64,000 bases of DNA from an uncultured Gemmatimonadales bacterium (GTDB lineage: Bacteria > Gemmatimonadota > Gemmatimonadetes > Gemmatimonadales > GWC2-71-9): positions 32,001-96,000 of the forward strand of contig CAWHFW010000005.1 in the NCBI GenBank assembly GCA_963828735.1, in the 5' to 3' direction. Position 1 is the stretch's first letter. Each line of letters begins with the position of its first letter. Made by a program: the position numbers and the translations under genes. The notes beneath the pieces are model-generated. The model was not told the DNA's origin, did no database searches, and saw nothing but the letters and a program-made list of their open reading frames with translations. Shown one piece after another: positions 26,945 to 38,155 of the stretch.

Positions 26945-28344
26945 CTACTCCCGCCCCTCGTCGGGGTCCGCAGGCCCCTGCCCCTGGGCCTCCCCCTCGG
27001 CCTCGGCTCTCTTCCGCGCCCACCACGCGAGCCGCTCCGCCACCTTCTTCTCGTGACCCGAAGGATCCCGGCTGGTACAGCGTGGTACCCCGCAGCTCGT
27101 CCGGCAGATACTCCTGCGCCAGGTACGCATCCGGTGATCGTCGTGCGCATAGCGATATCCCTTGCCGTAACCCAGCTCCTTCATGAGGCCGGTAGGCGCG
27201 TTCCGGATGTGCATCGGCACCGGCGCGGCCGGGGTCTCGCGCGCCGCCTCGAGGGCGGCGCCGAGCGCCAGCCTTGGCACTGTTCGACTTGGGCGCCGTC
27301 GCCAGGTAGATCGTCATCTCCGCGAGCGGCAAGTAACCCTCGGGCGGGCCGAGCATGTGGAAAGCGTCGCGCGCCGCGACGGCCATGATCAGCGCGTTGC
27401 GGATCCGCCAGCCCGACGTCCTCGGCCGCCATGGCGATGGCGCGCCGGAACAGGGTCATCGGGTCCTCGCCGCCGTCGAGCATGCGCGCCATCCAGTAGA
27501 GCGCGCCCTGGGGATCGCTTCCGCGCAGCGACTTGTGATACGCGGAGAGCAGGTTGTAGTGCTCCTCGCCCGACTTGTCGTACCGGGCGAAGCGCTTCTG
27601 CATCGCCTCGCGGGCGACGTCCGCGGTAACGTGATCCGCCCGCTCGCCGACGTGGGCCGCCGCCGCTTCGAGCACGGTGAGCGCGCGTCGCGCGTCGCCG
27701 TCGGCTTCGACCGAGATGGACCGCATCGCGTCATCGTCCACCCTGAGGCGCTGGCCGCCGACGCCACGCTCATCATCCTCGAGCGCCCGACGAAGCAGGG
27801 ACTCGATGTCCTCGGGTGTGAGCGGCTGCAGCACGAACACGCGCGTCCGCGAGAGGAGCGCGCCATTGATCTCAAAGCTCGGATTCTCGGTGGTGGCGCC
27901 GATCAGGGTGATGGTGCCGTCCTCGGACGGCGGGAGGAGGCTGTCCTGTTGCGCCTTGTTGAGCCGGTGGATCTCGTCGACGAAGAGGATGGTCTGGGCG
28001 CCACCGGACTCGAGGCGTCCGCGCGCCGCGCCGACGATCTCCCGGATGCGCGGCACCCCCTCGGTCACCGCGCTGAACGGGACGAACACACGCTGGGACG
28101 TGGTCGCCACGAGATGGGCGAGCGTCGTCTTCCCGCTCCCGGGCGGACCCCAGAAGATCATGGAGCCGGGAACGCCACGCTCGATCGCCTCCCGGAGCGG
28201 CTTCCCGGGGCCGAGCAGATGCGCCTGTCCGACGAACTCGTCGAGCGTGCGTGGCCGCATGCGGGCGGCCAGCGGCTGCGCCTCCCGGGCGGTGGCGGCG
28301 AACAGCGAGGTGCCGCCTTCCTCTCTGCCCTGCTTCCTGGCCAT
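26945..28344 (-). CDS. rarA: Replication-associated recombination protein A (RarA/MgsA), 4 apparent frameshifts in the 3' third
   Basis: [76 protein letters not shown], spread across three frames. Confidence 0.92.
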
Positions 28345-29060
28345 CAGCGAACCCATCCCTCCAAGCGCGCTCGGCGAGGAAGAACGCCAGCGCGCCCCCG
28401 AAGAACGCTGCCGCGGTGAGTCCGTCGCGCTTCGCCTGAAACTCGGGCACCAGGTTGGACGCCGCTACGTACAGCGTCACACCCGCCGACACCGCGAGGC
28501 CGTGCCGCGCCAGTCGGCGCTATCTGCTCGGTCAGGAGCACCCCAAGCACTGTCGCCACGCCGAGGACCGCGGCGCCGCCGATCGCCCGGCCGCGTCCCT
28601 GCCCACCGGCCACCATCACGCTGGCGATGGTGACCCCTTCGGGGAGCTTGTGCAGCAGTACGGCCAGGAAAAGCAGAACGCCGAGCCGCCCCGAGACCAG
28701 GAATCCGGTCGCGATCGCGACGCCGTCGAAGAACGTGTGCAGCGTGAGGCCCAGGAGCGCCGAAATCCCGGCCGTGGCGCTCACGCGATGGGTCTCCTCG
28801 CCGAAGTGGAAGTGTGGAGTCAGTACGTGCTGGGCCAGATGCACGGCGAGATACCCGCCGAGCACATAGACCGCGGCGCTCGGCGAGGTGCGCATCACCT
28901 CCGGCAACACGCCCAGTGTCGCCACCGCCAGCATGAAGCCCGCTCCGAACGCGAGGCAGGCGTCGATGAAACGCAGACTGCGGCGCTCACCGCGCACCAC
29001 GGCGAGCGCGCCGGCGACGTTGCCGAGGGCCGCGGCGAGCGCGAACACCAGGGGACTCAC
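28344..29060 (-). CDS. ZIP-family metal transporter (frameshift near 28514, probably another near 28370)
   Basis: FGAGFML, HFHFGEETH, HTFFDG, HKLPEG. C-terminal SAGVTLYVAASNLVPE lies in another frame. Confidence 0.85.
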   Translation of the reverse strand: MSPLVFALAAALGNVAGALAVVRGERRSLRFIDACLAFGAGFMLAVATLGVLPEVMRTSPSAAVYVLGGYLAVHLAQHVLTPHFHFGEETHRVSATAGISALLGLTLHTFFDGVAIATGFLVSGRLGVLLFLAVLLHKLPEGVTIASVMVAGGQGRGRAIGGAAVLGVATVLGVLLTEQIAPTGAARPRGVGGCDAVRSGVQPGARVSGEARRTHRGSVLRGRAGVLPRRARLEGWVR

Positions 29061-30247
29061 AGCGACTCCCGGGCGAGCGCCAGCAGCGCGTCGCGCGTGT
29101 TGAGTGACGGATCGTCCAGCACACGGTCCAGCAGGAGGCCCAGCACCTCCCCGATGCGCGCGCCGGCGGCGCCGAGTGCCTGGAGGTCGCGGCCGCTCAC
29201 CGCCAGGTCACCGCGGGCGAGGGGATCACGGCGTGCCCGCGTGTGCGCGACCGCATCCGCCCACGGCACCGGGCTGCCGGTGCGCAGCGCGTGGAGCGCC
29301 ATCAGATCGTCGGCCGCCTTGCCCACGGTGGAGAGCCAGTGGCGCACGGCGCGCGGGTCGCTGCCGGCGGGCGCGGCCGGCCCTCGCCCCATGGCGGCCG
29401 CGCGCTCGATCTCGGCGTTCGACGCCCGGAGGCGGCGCAGCACGTCGGCGGCGTCATCGACCAGGAGGGCGGTGAGCAGGACCGGATCGCGGCGCTCGAG
29501 CGGGGCCGCACCGGTCCGCGCCACCCGCTCGGCGGGCGCGGCCGTGAGCTCGGGCATCCACCATTGTGCCGCTCCGATGCGAACCCACAGATCCACCAGC
29601 TCCGGGACGGCGCGCGCGGTGCGAAGGCCCTTGACCCATTCGTCCCGGACGCGCTCCGCAGAGAGTTGGGCCAGCCCCGGCGCCGACTCCACCGCGGCGG
29701 CCCACGTGGCGGGCTCGATGGCGAATCCGAACCGGGCCGCGAAGCGAACGGCCCTCAGGATGCGCAGATAGTCCTCGCGAAAGCGCTGCGCTGGATCGCC
29801 GACCGCCCGGAGCACGCCGCGATCGAGGTCGGCGCGGCCGCCGTACGGATCGCGCCACTCGTGGCGGATCGGATGATAGGCGATGGCGTTGATGGTGAAG
29901 TCTCGCCGCGCGAGATCGTCCTCGAGCGAAACTCCGTACGCCACGACCGCATGGCGCCCGTCGGTCGTGACGTCGCGGCGGAAGGTGGTTACTTCGTGGA
30001 GCACCCGGTGGCGGTCCAGCACGCCCACGGTGCCGTACTTCTCGCCGACGGGCGCCGTGCGTCGGAACAACGCGAGGACCTGGGCCGGCGTGGCCGACGT
30101 GGCGAAGTCGTAGTCGGTGTGCGGGTGGCCCAACAGGGTGTCGCGAAGGGCGCCGCCGACGCACCAGGCCTCGTGCCCGGCCGATTCGAGCGTCCGGGCG
30201 ATCTCGAGCACCTCCTCCGGCATCGCCGGAGCGGTCGGCGCGCTCAT
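29057..30247 (-). CDS. cca: CCA tRNA nucleotidyltransferase (class II, no HD domain)
   Basis: VGGALRD, DYDFAT, EVTTFR, DLARRDFTINA, FREDYLRILRAVRF, ERV. Confidence 0.88.
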   Translation of the reverse strand: MSAPTAPAMPEEVLEIARTLESAGHEAWCVGGALRDTLLGHPHTDYDFATSATPAQVLALFRRTAPVGEKYGTVGVLDRHRVLHEVTTFRRDVTTDGRHAVVAYGVSLEDDLARRDFTINAIAYHPIRHEWRDPYGGRADLDRGVLRAVGDPAQRFREDYLRILRAVRFAARFGFAIEPATWAAAVESAPGLAQLSAERVRDEWVKGLRTARAVPELVDLWVRIGAAQWWMPELTAAPAERVARTGAAPLERRDPVLLTALLVDDAADVLRRLRASNAEIERAAAMGRGPAAPAGSDPRAVRHWLSTVGKAADDLMALHALRTGSPVPWADAVAHTRARRDPLARGDLAVSGRDLQALGAAGARIGEVLGLLLDRVLDDPSLNTRDALLALARESL

Positions 30248-31194
30248 CGACCCCCGTACGCCACGCCGGCCGACAGCGCCAGGACCAGCTCCATGCGTGC
30301 TTGCGACGGCGTGCGGGGACCGGCCGGAATCGCACCCATCGCCACCGTGCGCGCGCCCCCGCCCTCGAACGCGTAGATCGGCGTGACCTCCCCCTGGGCG
30401 CACCGCGTCGCCAGAACGACCGGCTTGCCTTCATCCAGCCAGCGCCGCACGGCGGGCACCGCGCCCGGCGGCATGTTCCCGCTGCCGAACGCCTCGACGA
30501 CGACACCGTCGTGTTCGGGTCGGGCGAGGTCGAGCAGCGTGCCATCGTCGCCCACGACCAGTGAGACCAGCGCGACGCGCGCGCCGAGGTGCTCCGGCCG
30601 CGTGGGGGGCGCCCGCCTGGGCGACACGGCGCCGAAGGTGACCCGGCCGCCTTCGACCCGCCCGATCGGCGCCGCGTGGGGCGCCGAGAATGCCGCCAGG
30701 TCGGTGGCGTGGGTCTTGACCGCCGTCTCGCCGGCGAAAATCTGGCCATTGAACACCACCATGGTCCCTCGTCCCGCGCTCTCCGGGCTCGCGGCCACGC
30801 GCGCGGCGTCGAGCAGGTTCCGCGGGCCGTCCCATCCTTCGTCACTCGACGTCCGCATCGCGCCGGTGATGGCCACCGGCACGCCGGCGGGCAGAGTCCT
30901 GGCCAGCAAGTACGCCGTTTCCTCGATCGTGTCGGTCCCATGCGTGATGACGACGCCGCCAACCTCGCCGCCCTCGGCGATCTCGCGCACGCGCTCGCGC
31001 AGCGCCCACAGGCGATCCTGCCCGAGATGACAGGCGGGCAGCTTGGCCCAGTTCTCGATGCGGAACGGAGAGATCTCGTCGAGTCCCGGCGCGAAGCTCA
31101 CGAGCGCCTCGCCCCCGTGCGTCGGCACGTTGCCCCCCGCGGCGACGTCGCGCTGCATGGAGATGGTGCCGCCGGTGAACAGCAGATGAATCAT
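30244..31194 (-). CDS. L-asparaginase
   Basis: TGGTISM, THGTDTIEET, TGAMR, DGPRNL, FGSGN. Confidence 0.92.
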   Translation of the reverse strand: MIHLLFTGGTISMQRDVAAGGNVPTHGGEALVSFAPGLDEISPFRIENWAKLPACHLGQDRLWALRERVREIAEGGEVGGVVITHGTDTIEETAYLLARTLPAGVPVAITGAMRTSSDEGWDGPRNLLDAARVAASPESAGRGTMVVFNGQIFAGETAVKTHATDLAAFSAPHAAPIGRVEGGRVTFGAVSPRRAPPTRPEHLGARVALVSLVVGDDGTLLDLARPEHDGVVVEAFGSGNMPPGAVPAVRRWLDEGKPVVLATRCAQGEVTPIYAFEGGGARTVAMGAIPAGPRTPSQARMELVLALSAGVAYGGR

Positions 31195-31249
31195 GCCGCC
31201 ACCTCGGCCGACGCGAGGCACCGTTCGCGCACGCCGGCCCCTTCCCCGT

Positions 31250-32002
31250 TCACCCGCACAGGACGCTTCCGCCGTTCACGTTGACGATCTCGCCGGTGAC
31301 GTGGCGCGCGAGGTCGCTACAGAGAAACAGGATCGGCCCCGCGATGTCCTCGGGCGCTGGGATCCGTCGCAGCGGGATCGTGGCCTCCACCCGCGACCGG
31401 CCTTCGCCCTCGAACGCCGGAATGCACATGTCCGTATCGACCCAGCCCGGAGCCACGCAGTTGACCAGGATGTCGGGCGCGTACTCGATCGCCAGCGACT
31501 TGGTGAGCGCGATGACGGCGCCCTTCGTCGCCGCGTAGTCGCCGTGGTAGGCCTCCCCGCGTTGACCCGCCGTGCTCGACACGAGCACGACCCGCCCACC
31601 CGGGCCCATCAGGCCGAGCGCGGCCTTCGTGCTCAGGAAGATCGCATCGAGATTGGCCGACATCGTCGCCCGCCACCGCTCCACTGACAGTGCGCCGAGG
31701 GGCACGTCGGCCGGCGGCCAGATACCGGCGTTGGCCACGAAGCAGTCGAGCCGGCCGAACGCCCGGCCCACGCCGTCCGCCATTGCCTCCACGACTGCGG
31801 GATCGGCCAGGTCGCCGCCGAAGACGGCCGCCCGGCGGCCGAGCGTTCGGATCTCCGCTCCGACCGCCTCGGCATCCGTGTCGCGCGTGTGATAGGTGAT
31901 GGCGACGTCCGCGCCGGCCCGGGCCAGGAGCAGCGCGGTGGCGCGCCCGATGCCTCGGCTCCCGCCCGTGACGAGCGCCGTGCGGCCCGCGAGCGAGATC
32001 AT
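31250..32002 (-). CDS. SDR-family oxidoreductase (FabG-like)
   Basis: TGGSRGIG, NAG, YAATK, NCVAPGWVDT, VNGG. Confidence 0.9.
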   Translation of the reverse strand: MISLAGRTALVTGGSRGIGRATALLLARAGADVAITYHTRDTDAEAVGAEIRTLGRRAAVFGGDLADPAVVEAMADGVGRAFGRLDCFVANAGIWPPADVPLGALSVERWRATMSANLDAIFLSTKAALGLMGPGGRVVLVSSTAGQRGEAYHGDYAATKGAVIALTKSLAIEYAPDILVNCVAPGWVDTDMCIPAFEGEGRSRVEATIPLRRIPAPEDIAGPILFLCSDLARHVTGEIVNVNGGSVLCG

Positions 32003-32009
32003 CGGAGCC

Positions 32010-32585
32010 TCACGAGCCGCCGAGGAGCGATGCCTCGACCAGCTCGACGACGATGTGCTCGAGCGCGAGGTGGAGGACCTGGATCAGCCCGGTCTCGTCG
32101 GCGGGCACCACCACGGCCTCGTCCACCGCCTTCGCCAGCTCCCCACCGCCCCGGCCCAGGAAGCCCACGGTCGCCGCGCCGAGGGTGCGGGCCGCGCGGG
32201 CGGCCTCGAGCAGGTTGGGGCTCTTGCCGCTCGTGCTGTGGAGCACCAGCAGGTCGCCCGGCCTGCAGTGGGCTTCCACCTGGCGGGCGAAGATCCGGTC
32301 GAAGCCGAGGTCGTTGCCCGCCGCGGTCAGGATCGATGTGTCCGTCGTGAGGGCGACCGCCGCGAGTGGTCGGCGGTCCGCGGCGTACCGCACCACGTAC
32401 TCGGTCGCCAGGTGCTGCGCGTCAGCAGCGCTGCCGCCGTTGCCGCAGAAGTAGAGCGTGCCGCCGCCGCGGAGGACCGCCACGTAGCGGTCGGCCACGC
32501 GAGCGAGCTGCGGCGCCAGGAACTTGCTTGCGCCCGCGAGCGACGCGAGACGGTCGAGCGCGGCCTCGATCCGCTGTGCGCTCAC
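32010..32585 (-). CDS. gmhA: Phosphoheptose isomerase (SIS domain)
   Basis: CGNGGSAADAQH, TAAGND, FARQV, STSGKSPN, IQVLH. Confidence 0.9.
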   Translation of the reverse strand: MSAQRIEAALDRLASLAGASKFLAPQLARVADRYVAVLRGGGTLYFCGNGGSAADAQHLATEYVVRYAADRRPLAAVALTTDTSILTAAGNDLGFDRIFARQVEAHCRPGDLLVLHSTSGKSPNLLEAARAARTLGAATVGFLGRGGGELAKAVDEAVVVPADETGLIQVLHLALEHIVVELVEASLLGGS

Positions 32586-33343
32586 TGGTCGCCTCCGAGC
32601 AGGTGGCGCAGGCGCTGCATCCAGGTCCGGCGGATCTCCAGCGGCGGGACGTCGATCAGCGGTTCGTCCCGGAGGATCGCCCCGGGATTGCGCACCGTGA
32701 GGAGCTCGGCCTGGGTCTCGCCGTCGAGGGCGCGGAGGAAGTCAGCGCCCCCCGCGATGGTGCGATCATCACCGTGATTGTCTCCCGCGAGGATGTCCGC
32801 GAGTCCGGCCGCGACCAGCTGGCGCGCACGCTGCCCGCGCGTCTGCGGCGAGTGCAGGGTGGTGGCATCCACCTGCATGCGCGCCCCCAGGCCCCGCCAG
32901 AACGCGACCGCCTCGACGGAGCAGCAGCCGTAGCGTTCGGGGTGAGCCAGCACCGGCACGAGGCCGGCGTCGCGCACGCGGGTGAGCGCGTTGGTGACGG
33001 CATCCGCGGCGACGAGCCGGGGAAACTCCACGAGGATGTAGTGCGTGCCGCCGAGCGTGATGCGCCGCATGCGATCGGGCTCGACCGGCAGTGGTCGGTC
33101 CAGCATGACCTCCGCGCCACGGTGAAGCCGCGGGAGCTCCGGCGCCTGGGCGCGAAGCGCCGCGAACGCCTGGTCGTGGCGTGCGGGCGGCGCGTCCACC
33201 GTTTCATTGGCTCGGAGATGGGGCGTGAGGCAGACGTCGGTGATGCCCCGCTCCGCCATCTGCCGCAGCACCTCGACCGACTGCTCCACCGTTCGGGAGC
33301 CGTCATCGACCGCGGGCAGCAGATGGGAGTGCAGGTCGATCAC
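32582..33343 (-). CDS. CpsB/CapC-family PHP protein-tyrosine phosphatase
   Basis: IDLHSHLLPAVDDG, TPH, LVEF, LAHPERY, DNH. Confidence 0.88.
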   Translation of the reverse strand: MIDLHSHLLPAVDDGSRTVEQSVEVLRQMAERGITDVCLTPHLRANETVDAPPARHDQAFAALRAQAPELPRLHRGAEVMLDRPLPVEPDRMRRITLGGTHYILVEFPRLVAADAVTNALTRVRDAGLVPVLAHPERYGCCSVEAVAFWRGLGARMQVDATTLHSPQTRGQRARQLVAAGLADILAGDNHGDDRTIAGGADFLRALDGETQAELLTVRNPGAILRDEPLIDVPPLEIRRTWMQRLRHLLGGDQ

Positions 33344-33642
33344 GTGCCGGGTCGCGAGGCCTGGAGCAGCGAGGTGGCGAAAGCGCCGAGCGCCGCCGGC
33401 GCCTGCTCCGCCTGCGCAAGCAGGGCCAGGGTGATGAGCGCATCCGCCGCGAGGAGGTCGAGCGCCACGGAGCGATCGCCGGGGTGGGCCACCACACCAG
33501 ACAGCGCCTGGGCGCCCGCGGTTGCGAGCGTCGTCGGAATCGAGGCCTCGGCTCGCACGGCCAGCGCGTGCTGGCGAACCCGGTCGCGCAGCGCCGCCGG
33601 CGCGGCGGCGGTGTGGCGGTCCAGCCACTCGGAGAGTGTCAC
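33340..33642 (-). CDS. Hypothetical protein
   Basis: ~100 aa, overlaps both neighbours by 4 nt; ALDLLAADALIT segment. Confidence 0.7.
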   Translation of the reverse strand: MTLSEWLDRHTAAAPAALRDRVRQHALAVRAEASIPTTLATAGAQALSGVVAHPGDRSVALDLLAADALITLALLAQAEQAPAALGAFATSLLQASRPGT

Positions 33643-36272
33643 GCCGCCGCGTCCGAGAGCCATGCGGACACGACCCCCTGCGCGGCCGCCCGCGCGGCGG
33701 CCAGCTTCGACGGGTCGCCCGCGCCCGCGGAGGCGAAGTGGGGTCGGCCACCGCCCTTGCCGCCGCTCAGGGCGGCGATGCGGTTCACCAGGTCGCCGGC
33801 CTTGCGCCCGGCGCCCACCAGATCGTCCGTCAAGGCCACGTGGATCGCCCCGCGGCCCGCGTTGCTGAACAGCACGAGCACCGAGTTCCGCTTGCCTTCG
33901 CGGAACCGGTCCGCGATCTGGCCCACCTCGCCCCGGTCGTCCGTCGCAACCTCGGCGATGGTGACCTGCACGCCCCGGACCTCCGCGGTGTCGCCGGCAA
34001 TCGCCGCGCCGCCGCCCGACTTGAGCGCGTCCGCCAGACGGGCCTCCAGCCGGTCACGCTCCTCGAGCAGCTGTTCGATCCGCCGGACGACGTGCTCGGG
34101 CTGCGCCTTGAGCGCCTCGGCGACCCGGGCCAGACGCTGCTCGATCTCGCGCACGGCGCGAAGCGCGCCCGTCCCCGTCACGGCCTCGATCCGACGCACG
34201 CCGGCCGCGACGCCGCTTTGCCCCAAGAATCGGAAGGTGCCGATCTGGCCCGTGGTGCGGACGTGCGTGCCTCCACAGAGCTCGATTGACGGACCCATCT
34301 GCACGACGCGCACCCGGTCCCCGTACTTCTCCGAGAAGAACGCCATCGCCCCGAGCGCCAGCGCGTCGGGGTAGGCCATCTCGCGCGTGGTCACCGGATC
34401 GTTCGAGAGCACGAGACGGCTCACGTCCTCCTCGATCGCCTGCAAGGTCGGCGGGTCGATCGGCCCGTGGTGCGAGAAGTCGAAGCGCAGGCGGCCCGGC
34501 TCGACGAGCGAGCCCTGCTGCCGCACATGCGTGCCGAGGTGCTTGCGCAAGGCGTGGTGCACCAGATGAGTCGCGCTGTGGTTCCGCTCGATGTCGTGGC
34601 GCCGCGGCGCGTCCACCTCGGCACGGACGATCTCGGGCTCGAACGTCCGCTCGAAGGTCCCGCTCACGATGGTGCCCTTGGCGTCCTTCCGCACCGCGTC
34701 CACCGGCACGGACCAGCCTGAGCCCCCCACCGCGCCGACGTCGCTCACCTGACCGCCGGACTCGGCGTAGAACGGGTTCTCGCGCAGCACCAGGTCCACT
34801 CGCGGTCCGTCCTGCCGGAACGCGAGGATGTCGGTGTCCGCCTCGGTGGACTGATAGCCTACGAACTTCTGTTTGCCTCGCTTGACGCTACGCCACTTGC
34901 CGGCCTGGGAGGTGTGGACCGCCGGGGCGCCCGCGGTGGTCTTGCCGGAGGTGCGCGCGGTCCTGGAGCGGGTCCGCTGTCCCTCGAGCGCCCGCTCGAA
35001 GCCCGCCGTGTCCACGCTGACGCCCCGCTCCTCGGCGATGATCGCGGTGAGATCGATCGGGAAGCCGAACGTATCGTAAAGCTTGAACGCATCGTCACCG
35101 GAGATCTGGCGCCCACCCGACGCGAAGATCTCCTCGAGACGGCGCAACCCGCCCTCGATCGTCTCGAGGAACCGGTGCTCCTCGTTCTCGGTGACCTCGC
35201 GCAGGTAGCCGGCCTTGGCCTCGAGCTCCGGATAGACGTCGCCCATCTCGGCGACGACCACGTCGGTGAGCGGCGCCAGCGTCGGCTCGCGGCGCCCGAG
35301 CAGCCAGGCGTGGCGCACCGCCCGGCGGAGAATGCGGCGCAACACGTACCCGCGCCCTTCGTTGCTCGGGTACACGCCGTCGGCCAGCAGGAAGCTCACC
35401 GCGCGAGCATGGTCGGCCAGCACGCGGTAGGACGCGCGCTCCTCCGACGCCCGATCGTAGGGGCGTCCCACAAGCTCGCCCACGCGGTCGATGAGCGGCT
35501 GGAACGCGTCGGTGTGAAAGTTGTCGTCCTCGCCCTGCATGACCGCGGCAATGCGCTCGAGGCCGGCGCCGGTGTCCACCGAGGGCTTGGGGAGCGGCGT
35601 GAGGGTCCCGTCCGCGGACCGGTCGAACTGCATGAAGACCAGGTTCCAGATTTCCAGAAACCGCCCGGCCTCCGCCAGCTCCTCGAACTCGGCCTGCGGG
35701 ATCTCGACGGGGCGGTCGCCCGGGCGCCATTCGAGGTCCACGTAGATCTCGGTGCACGGCCCGCACGGGCCAGTATCACCCATCTGCCAGAAGTTGTCCT
35801 TGTCACCCAGCCCGTAGATGCGGTGGTCGGGCAGGCCCGCGACGTCGCGCCAGTAGCCGCGTGCCTCGTCGTCCGTATGGTGCACGGTGACCCGCAGCCG
35901 GTCGGCGGGAATGCCGAGATACGCCGGGCTGGTGACGAACTCCCACGCGAAGTCGATGGCGTCGCGCTTGAAGTAGTCGCCGAAGGAGAAGTTCCCCAGC
36001 ATCTCGAAGAAGGTGTGGTGCCGCTTGGTGTGGCCCACCTGTTCGAGGTCGTTGTGCTTTCCCCCTGCCCGGACGCACTTCTGACAGGTGGTGGCACGCG
36101 CATAGTCGCGCCGCTCCTGCCCCAGGAAGGTGCGCTTGAACTGCACCATGCCGGCATTGGTGAACAGCAGCGTCGGATCGTCGGCAGGCACCAGTGACGA
36201 AGAAGGCACCTCACGGTGCCCCTTGGCGACGAAAAAGTCGAGGAATAGGCGTCTGATCCTGGCGGACTGCAT
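33639..36272 (-). CDS. alaS: Alanine--tRNA ligase
   Basis: DPTLLFTNAGMVQFK, HHTFFEMLGNFSFGDYFK, DTGAGLER, NHSATH, ELCGGTH, GKGGG. Confidence 0.99.
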   Translation of the reverse strand: MQSARIRRLFLDFFVAKGHREVPSSSLVPADDPTLLFTNAGMVQFKRTFLGQERRDYARATTCQKCVRAGGKHNDLEQVGHTKRHHTFFEMLGNFSFGDYFKRDAIDFAWEFVTSPAYLGIPADRLRVTVHHTDDEARGYWRDVAGLPDHRIYGLGDKDNFWQMGDTGPCGPCTEIYVDLEWRPGDRPVEIPQAEFEELAEAGRFLEIWNLVFMQFDRSADGTLTPLPKPSVDTGAGLERIAAVMQGEDDNFHTDAFQPLIDRVGELVGRPYDRASEERASYRVLADHARAVSFLLADGVYPSNEGRGYVLRRILRRAVRHAWLLGRREPTLAPLTDVVVAEMGDVYPELEAKAGYLREVTENEEHRFLETIEGGLRRLEEIFASGGRQISGDDAFKLYDTFGFPIDLTAIIAEERGVSVDTAGFERALEGQRTRSRTARTSGKTTAGAPAVHTSQAGKWRSVKRGKQKFVGYQSTEADTDILAFRQDGPRVDLVLRENPFYAESGGQVSDVGAVGGSGWSVPVDAVRKDAKGTIVSGTFERTFEPEIVRAEVDAPRRHDIERNHSATHLVHHALRKHLGTHVRQQGSLVEPGRLRFDFSHHGPIDPPTLQAIEEDVSRLVLSNDPVTTREMAYPDALALGAMAFFSEKYGDRVRVVQMGPSIELCGGTHVRTTGQIGTFRFLGQSGVAAGVRRIEAVTGTGALRAVREIEQRLARVAEALKAQPEHVVRRIEQLLEERDRLEARLADALKSGGGAAIAGDTAEVRGVQVTIAEVATDDRGEVGQIADRFREGKRNSVLVLFSNAGRGAIHVALTDDLVGAGRKAGDLVNRIAALSGGKGGGRPHFASAGAGDPSKLAAARAAAQGVVSAWLSDAAA

Positions 36273-36391
36273 GGGGGGAAAATATAGTCCGGCCCCGACT
36301 TAGGGGCTATGGTCGGAGTGTGCGCGAACGTGAGCGGAATGCGAAGCCGAGAGGACCGGCTGGCGGAGGGAAGCCGGCCAGCTCCGAAAGA

Positions 36392-37042
36392 TCAGCGCGC
36401 TCCGACCCGTGCGTCCACGACCCGCGCGACCAGATCGGTGATGTCACGTCCGGAAAATCCGCGCCGCGCGAGATAGGCCAGGACGCGCCGCCGCTTGACG
36501 GACCGCGGCAGATCGCCCAGCTGGGCGGCTCGTTTGGCGGCGAGCGCCGCCGGCACCTGGGTGCGATCGCTCCCCTCCGGCCACTCCGCGGCGAGCGCAC
36601 GATCGATGAGCGCGCGCTCGACCCCCATCGCGAGCAGGTCACGCGTGAGGCGCGACGGACCGCGCCCCCGCTGTGCGCGCGTCTGCACGTACGACACGGC
36701 GAACGCCGCGTCGTCGAGCAGCCCGAGCGCGGTGGCGCGCTCCACGGCGGACTCCACCGCGGGCCGCGGGTGACCCTTGCGGATCAGCCTGCGGGCGAGA
36801 TCGGTCCGCGCGAACGAGCGGCGCTCGAGCGCCCGGAGGAGCGTCCGGAACGCGCCTTCCGCGTCCGCCGCGGCGACGAGTCGTTCGTGCAGCTCGGCAT
36901 CCACCGTGCGGCCCACCGCGAGTCCGGCCGCCTCGGCGAGCTCCATCGACACCACTCCGAACCGGACGCCATCGACCGTGACCCGAAGCGTACCGGGGCG
37001 CCGCGGATCCGGCTCGAGGCCCGTGAGAACCGGCAGGGTCAC
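36392..37042 (-). CDS. recX: Regulatory protein RecX
   Basis: Directly downstream of rec[29 protein letters not shown]. Confidence 0.92.
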   Translation of the reverse strand: MTLPVLTGLEPDPRRPGTLRVTVDGVRFGVVSMELAEAAGLAVGRTVDAELHERLVAAADAEGAFRTLLRALERRSFARTDLARRLIRKGHPRPAVESAVERATALGLLDDAAFAVSYVQTRAQRGRGPSRLTRDLLAMGVERALIDRALAAEWPEGSDRTQVPAALAAKRAAQLGDLPRSVKRRRVLAYLARRGFSGRDITDLVARVVDARVGAR

Positions 37043-38097
37043 TCGTCGTCGTCCGCGGCGGTACCGGTGCCGGCGCTCACGCCGGCGTGCATGCCGAGCA
37101 GCTCCTTCACCTTGCCCTCGACCTCCGCCATGAGCGGCGGGTTGTCGCGCAGGAACAGCTTGGCATTCTCCCGGCCCTGGCCGATGCGCTGATCGCCGTA
37201 GGAGTACCAGGCGCCGGACTTCTGGATGATGTTCGCTTCGGAGGCGAGATCCACCAGCAGCGAAGTGTGGCTGATGCCCTCGTCGAACATCACGTCGAAC
37301 TCCGCCTGGCGGAACGGCGGTGCGACCTTGTTCTTCACGACCTTCACGCGCACGTGATTGCCGATGACCACCTCCCGCTCCTTGACGGGCCCGATGCGGC
37401 GGATGTCGAGGCGGAGCGAGGCGTAGAATTTGAGCGCCTTCCCGCCGGTGGTGGTCTCCGGGTTACCGAACATCACGCCGATCTTCTCACGCAGCTGGTT
37501 GATGAAGACCACGGCGCAATTGGAGCGGTTGATGGCGCCGGCCAGCTTCCGGAGGGCCTGGCTCATGAGCCGGGCCTGGAGGCCGACATGGCTGTCGCCC
37601 ATTTCGCCCTCGATTTCGGCCTTGGGGACGAGGGCGGCGACCGAATCGATGACCACGATGTCCACCGCGCCCGAGCGCACCAGGATCTCGACGATCTCGA
37701 GCGCCTGCTCGCCGGTATCCGGCTGCGAGACGAGGAGGTCCTCGACGTTGACGCCCAGCTTCTTGGCGTACTCGATGTCGAGCGCATGCTCCGCGTCCAC
37801 GTAGGCGGCGACGCCGCCCGCCTTCTGCACATTGGCCGCGAGATGAAGGGTGAGCGTGGTCTTGCCGGAGGATTCGGGGCCGTAGATCTCGGTGATCCGG
37901 CCGCGCGGGATGCCGCCCACGCCGGTGGCGGCGTCGAGGTTGATGGCGCCGGTGGGGATGGCGGCCACCTTCACCCGGGCCGACTCGCTGCCCATCCGCA
38001 TGATGGAGCCCTTGCCGAGCTGCTTCTCGATCTGGGAGATGGCGAGCCCGAGGGCCTTTCGGCGGTCGGCGTCGAGCCGGGATTCTTCTGCGGCCAT
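37039..38097 (-). CDS. recA: Recombinase RecA
   Basis: [49 protein letters not shown]. Confidence 0.99.
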   Translation of the reverse strand: MAAEESRLDADRRKALGLAISQIEKQLGKGSIMRMGSESARVKVAAIPTGAINLDAATGVGGIPRGRITEIYGPESSGKTTLTLHLAANVQKAGGVAAYVDAEHALDIEYAKKLGVNVEDLLVSQPDTGEQALEIVEILVRSGAVDIVVIDSVAALVPKAEIEGEMGDSHVGLQARLMSQALRKLAGAINRSNCAVVFINQLREKIGVMFGNPETTTGGKALKFYASLRLDIRRIGPVKEREVVIGNHVRVKVVKNKVAPPFRQAEFDVMFDEGISHTSLLVDLASEANIIQKSGAWYSYGDQRIGQGRENAKLFLRDNPPLMAEVEGKVKELLGMHAGVSAGTGTAADDDE

Positions 38098-38155
38098 GGC
38101 GATCCTCTGGAATGTTGTTGTGACCGATTTTGCTACACATCAGTAGCTGCGAGCC

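Noticed and set aside
26945..27420. Programmed ribosomal frameshifting in rarA or hflX
   Set aside because: Too many shifts, no slippery heptamers, and they cluster across unrelated genes.
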